Position numbers and translations under genes: made by a program | Source: an uncultured Actinomycetota bacterium | GTDB lineage: Bacteria > Actinomycetota > Actinomycetes > S36-B12 > UBA10799 | Direction of reading: 5' to 3' | DNA length: 64,000 bases | Assembly: GCA_963704075.1 (NCBI GenBank) | Contig: CAVPGV010000009.1 | Span: 244,286 to 308,285, forward strand | The notes under the pieces: generated by a model | What the model was told of the DNA's origin: nothing | Seen by the model: only the letters and a program-made list of their open reading frames with translations | Databases searched by the model: none | In this document: positions 62,354 to 64,000 of the stretch, one piece after another | How the letters are laid out: each line of letters opens with the position of its first letter | Position numbering within the stretch: position 1 is the stretch's first letter

Positions 62354-62689
62354 TCAGACCAGCGCCGCCCGCAACCGCTGTGGGTTCACACGGAAGACGT
62401 CGTGCACCGCCCCGTCGACGAGGACCACAGGGACCTGGTCTGCGTAGCGCGCGGCCAGTCGGGGGTCGTCGTGCAGTGACACCTCGATCCATTCGGTGTC
62501 GGTCTGGGCGCACACGGACTCGATGACTTCCCGGGCCACATCGCACAAGTGGCAGCCCGGTTTGCCGACCAGGATGACCCGAGCGTTCAGAGCGACGTCA
62601 CCCCTTGGGACTGCCGCAGGCGGCCCTTGCTCACCTTGCCGGTCACCGAATGGGGCAGGTCGCCGACGACCTCCACGACGGTGGGGCAT
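62354..62689 (-). CDS. Glutaredoxin-like small thiol-disulfide protein (start codon uncertain)
   Basis: The conserved part is ARVILVGKPGCHLCDVAREVIE...VPVVLVDGAVH (CxxC thioredoxin fold, about 79 aa). The only in-frame ATG/GTG/TTG is at 62689, which would overlap the fadD 3' end by 103 nt. A CTG lies at about 62590. Confidence 0.6.
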   Translation of the reverse strand: MPHRRGGRRRPAPFGDRQGEQGPPAAVPRGDVALNARVILVGKPGCHLCDVAREVIESVCAQTDTEWIEVSLHDDPRLAARYADQVPVVLVDGAVHDVFRVNPQRLRAALV

Positions 62690-64000
62690 TTGAAGCGCGC
62701 CAGGCGCGTGCCCACGAAGTCGAGCACCTCGTCGGCGGTCAGTTCCGATCCGGTCTCGACCACGATGAACGCTTTCACGGCCTCGCCGGTGTAGGGGTCG
62801 GTGACGCCCATGACCGCGGCCTCCAGCACGCCGTCCATCGACAGCAGCACGTCCTCGACCTCACGTGGATAGACGTTGAAGCCGCTGACGATGATCAACT
62901 CGCGGCGCCGGTCGACCAGGCGCAGGTCACCCTCGTCGTCCTCGATGGCGACGTCGCCGGTCGCGAACCAGCCCTGCTCGTCGGGGCCTTCCGACCCGTC
63001 CGGCCAGTAGCCGGCGAACACGTTCTCACCGCGCACGAAGATCTCGCCGGGATCCCCGTCCTCGACGACGTCCCCGTCCTCGTCACGCAGTTCGAGTTCG
63101 ATGCCGGGCAGCGGTTGCCCCACCGATCCCGGTTTGGGCCGCCCGGAGACCAGTGAGGCGGCGATGACCGGTGAGCACTCGGTCATCCCGTAGCCCTCCC
63201 AAATGGGTTTGCCCGTGCGCGACTCGAAGTGCTCCATGACGGAGATGGGCAGCGGGGAGGCTCCAGAGATGAGCAACCGCACATCCTGCAGCGCCTCGGC
63301 GAGGCCGTCGAGGCCGGCCCACGCGACGTACATAGGAGGAGCGCCGGCCACGTTGGTGACCCTGTGCCGAGCGATCGAGGCGAGTGCCGCGGCGGCGTCG
63401 AACCGCTCGGTCAGCACGATGGTGGCGGCATGCCGGGCCACCATGCCCAGCGTGGCGTTGAGCGCGTAGATGTGGAACAGGGGCAGCACGCACATGACCA
63501 CGTCGTCGCCGGTCATGGCCGGCGGATCCTGCACCGCGCTGAGCTGGTCGAGGTTGGCCGAGAGGGCACGGTGGGTGAGCATCGCGGCTCTGGGGCGGCC
63601 GCTGGTCCCGGAGGTGAACAACAGCACCGCCAGCGAATCGGGCTCGGTGGGCTCCACCGGCAGCGGACTGCTGCCGACCGTGAACCGCCGCCAGTCCTCG
63701 GTGCCGGTGAGGATCACATCGATGCCCGGGACCTGCTCGAGGACCGGCGCCACCCGCGGGTCGGCCACGACCAGGCTCGCGTCCACGTCGGACAGCATCT
63801 GGCCCAATTCGGCAGCGGTGTACCCGGTGTTGAGCGGAACCGCGCACATCCCAGCGCGCAAGATGCCGAAATACGTGGTGATGAATTCGAGGGTGTTCGG
63901 CTGCATGAGAGCGATTCGACTGCCGGCCGGCAGGCCCCGTGCGATCAAGCCGCTGGCCACCGCCCGCACCTGCCAGTCGACCTCACTCCACGTGACGACC
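62587..64000 (-). CDS. fadD: Long-chain acyl-CoA synthetase (AMP-binding family), 5' end outside window
   Basis: Motifs present are LFTSGTSGRPRAAMLTH, GYGMTE, TGD and GKVSKGRL. The frame stays open from 63969 to the window end (…VVTWSEVDWQVRAVASGL), so the true start lies beyond 64000. Confidence 0.85.
   Translation of the reverse strand, partial: VVTWSEVDWQVRAVASGLIARGLPAGSRIALMQPNTLEFITTYFGILRAGMCAVPLNTGYTAAELGQMLSDVDASLVVADPRVAPVLEQVPGIDVILTGTEDWRRFTVGSSPLPVEPTEPDSLAVLLFTSGTSGRPRAAMLTHRALSANLDQLSAVQDPPAMTGDDVVMCVLPLFHIYALNATLGMVARHAATIVLTERFDAAAALASIARHRVTNVAGAPPMYVAWAGLDGLAEALQDVRLLISGASPLPISVMEHFESRTGKPIWEGYGMTECSPVIAASLVSGRPKPGSVGQPLPGIELELRDEDGDVVEDGDPGEIFVRGENVFAGYWPDGSEGPDEQGWFATGDVAIEDDEGDLRLVDRRRELIIVSGFNVYPREVEDVLLSMDGVLEAAVMGVTDPYTGEAVKAFIVVETGSELTADEVLDFVGTRLARFKCPTVVEVVGDLPHSVTGKVSKGRLRQSQGVTSL

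Noticed and set aside
1-64000. Search for mobile elements, prophage, toxin-antitoxin, restriction-modification or other defence systems, tRNA and rRNA.
   Set aside because: I recognised no transposase, integrase or recombinase motifs, no terminal inverted repeats flanking a gene block, and no tRNA-like or rRNA-like sequences. Gene content is syntenic housekeeping. The claim is limited by eye-only inspection.

Overview
The window is a high-G+C actinobacterial chromosomal core region made up almost entirely of respiration, cofactor and transport genes. I recognised no rRNA, tRNA, CRISPR array, IS element, integrase or defence gene.

Gene content in coordinate order:
- 1-12860 (-): nuoA-nuoM, the NADH dehydrogenase I operon. 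nuoM runs off the window start.
- 13299-22591: a lipoprotein gene, then a menaquinone cluster of menG/ubiE, menF, a hotdog-fold gene coupled to menD, menD, menC, menB, menE and menA.
- 22547-23547: two small membrane protein genes and a 300-bp spacer filled by a tandem structured repeat.
- 23548-29234 (-): cytochrome c maturation system II (ccsA, resB, ccdA, thioredoxin-like lipoprotein), a histidine phosphatase and hemL.
- 29324-35350: TMEM175-like and DUF998-like membrane proteins, fadA-fadB beta-oxidation genes and a broken CPA2 antiporter.
- 36753-41523 (+): a PLP-dependent sphingosine-1-phosphate-lyase-like enzyme, an FGGY kinase and an aldehyde dehydrogenase.
- 44090-47685 (-): a TPP-riboswitch-controlled ThiBPQ-like ABC importer.
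- 47729-49998 (+): a 7-TM PQ-loop protein, a CxxC membrane protein and a TDT-family transporter.
- 50033-55889: an AT3-SGNH acyltransferase with a double-FtsX permease, and a Vgb-like beta-propeller.
- 56606-62030 (-): a tightly coupled rex-hemA-hemC-hemD-hemB operon.
- 62354-64000 (-): a glutaredoxin-like gene and a partial fadD.

Most striking global property: about 13 otherwise well-conserved genes have frame disruptions as assembled, mostly single ones. This looks more like consensus indel error than decay. The exception is the multi-lesion antiporter.

No clear-cut novel system is present. The best candidates for follow-up are:
- a 136-bp tandem structured element at 23285-23548
- a mirror-symmetric array of six GTTGGA(C/G) motifs over a leaderless-type promoter at 48348-48456
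- the lyase-kinase-ALDH trio
- the menD-coupled hotdog protein
- the 3+1+3 PQ-loop protein

All protein family names come from motif recognition by eye. They are not database hits.
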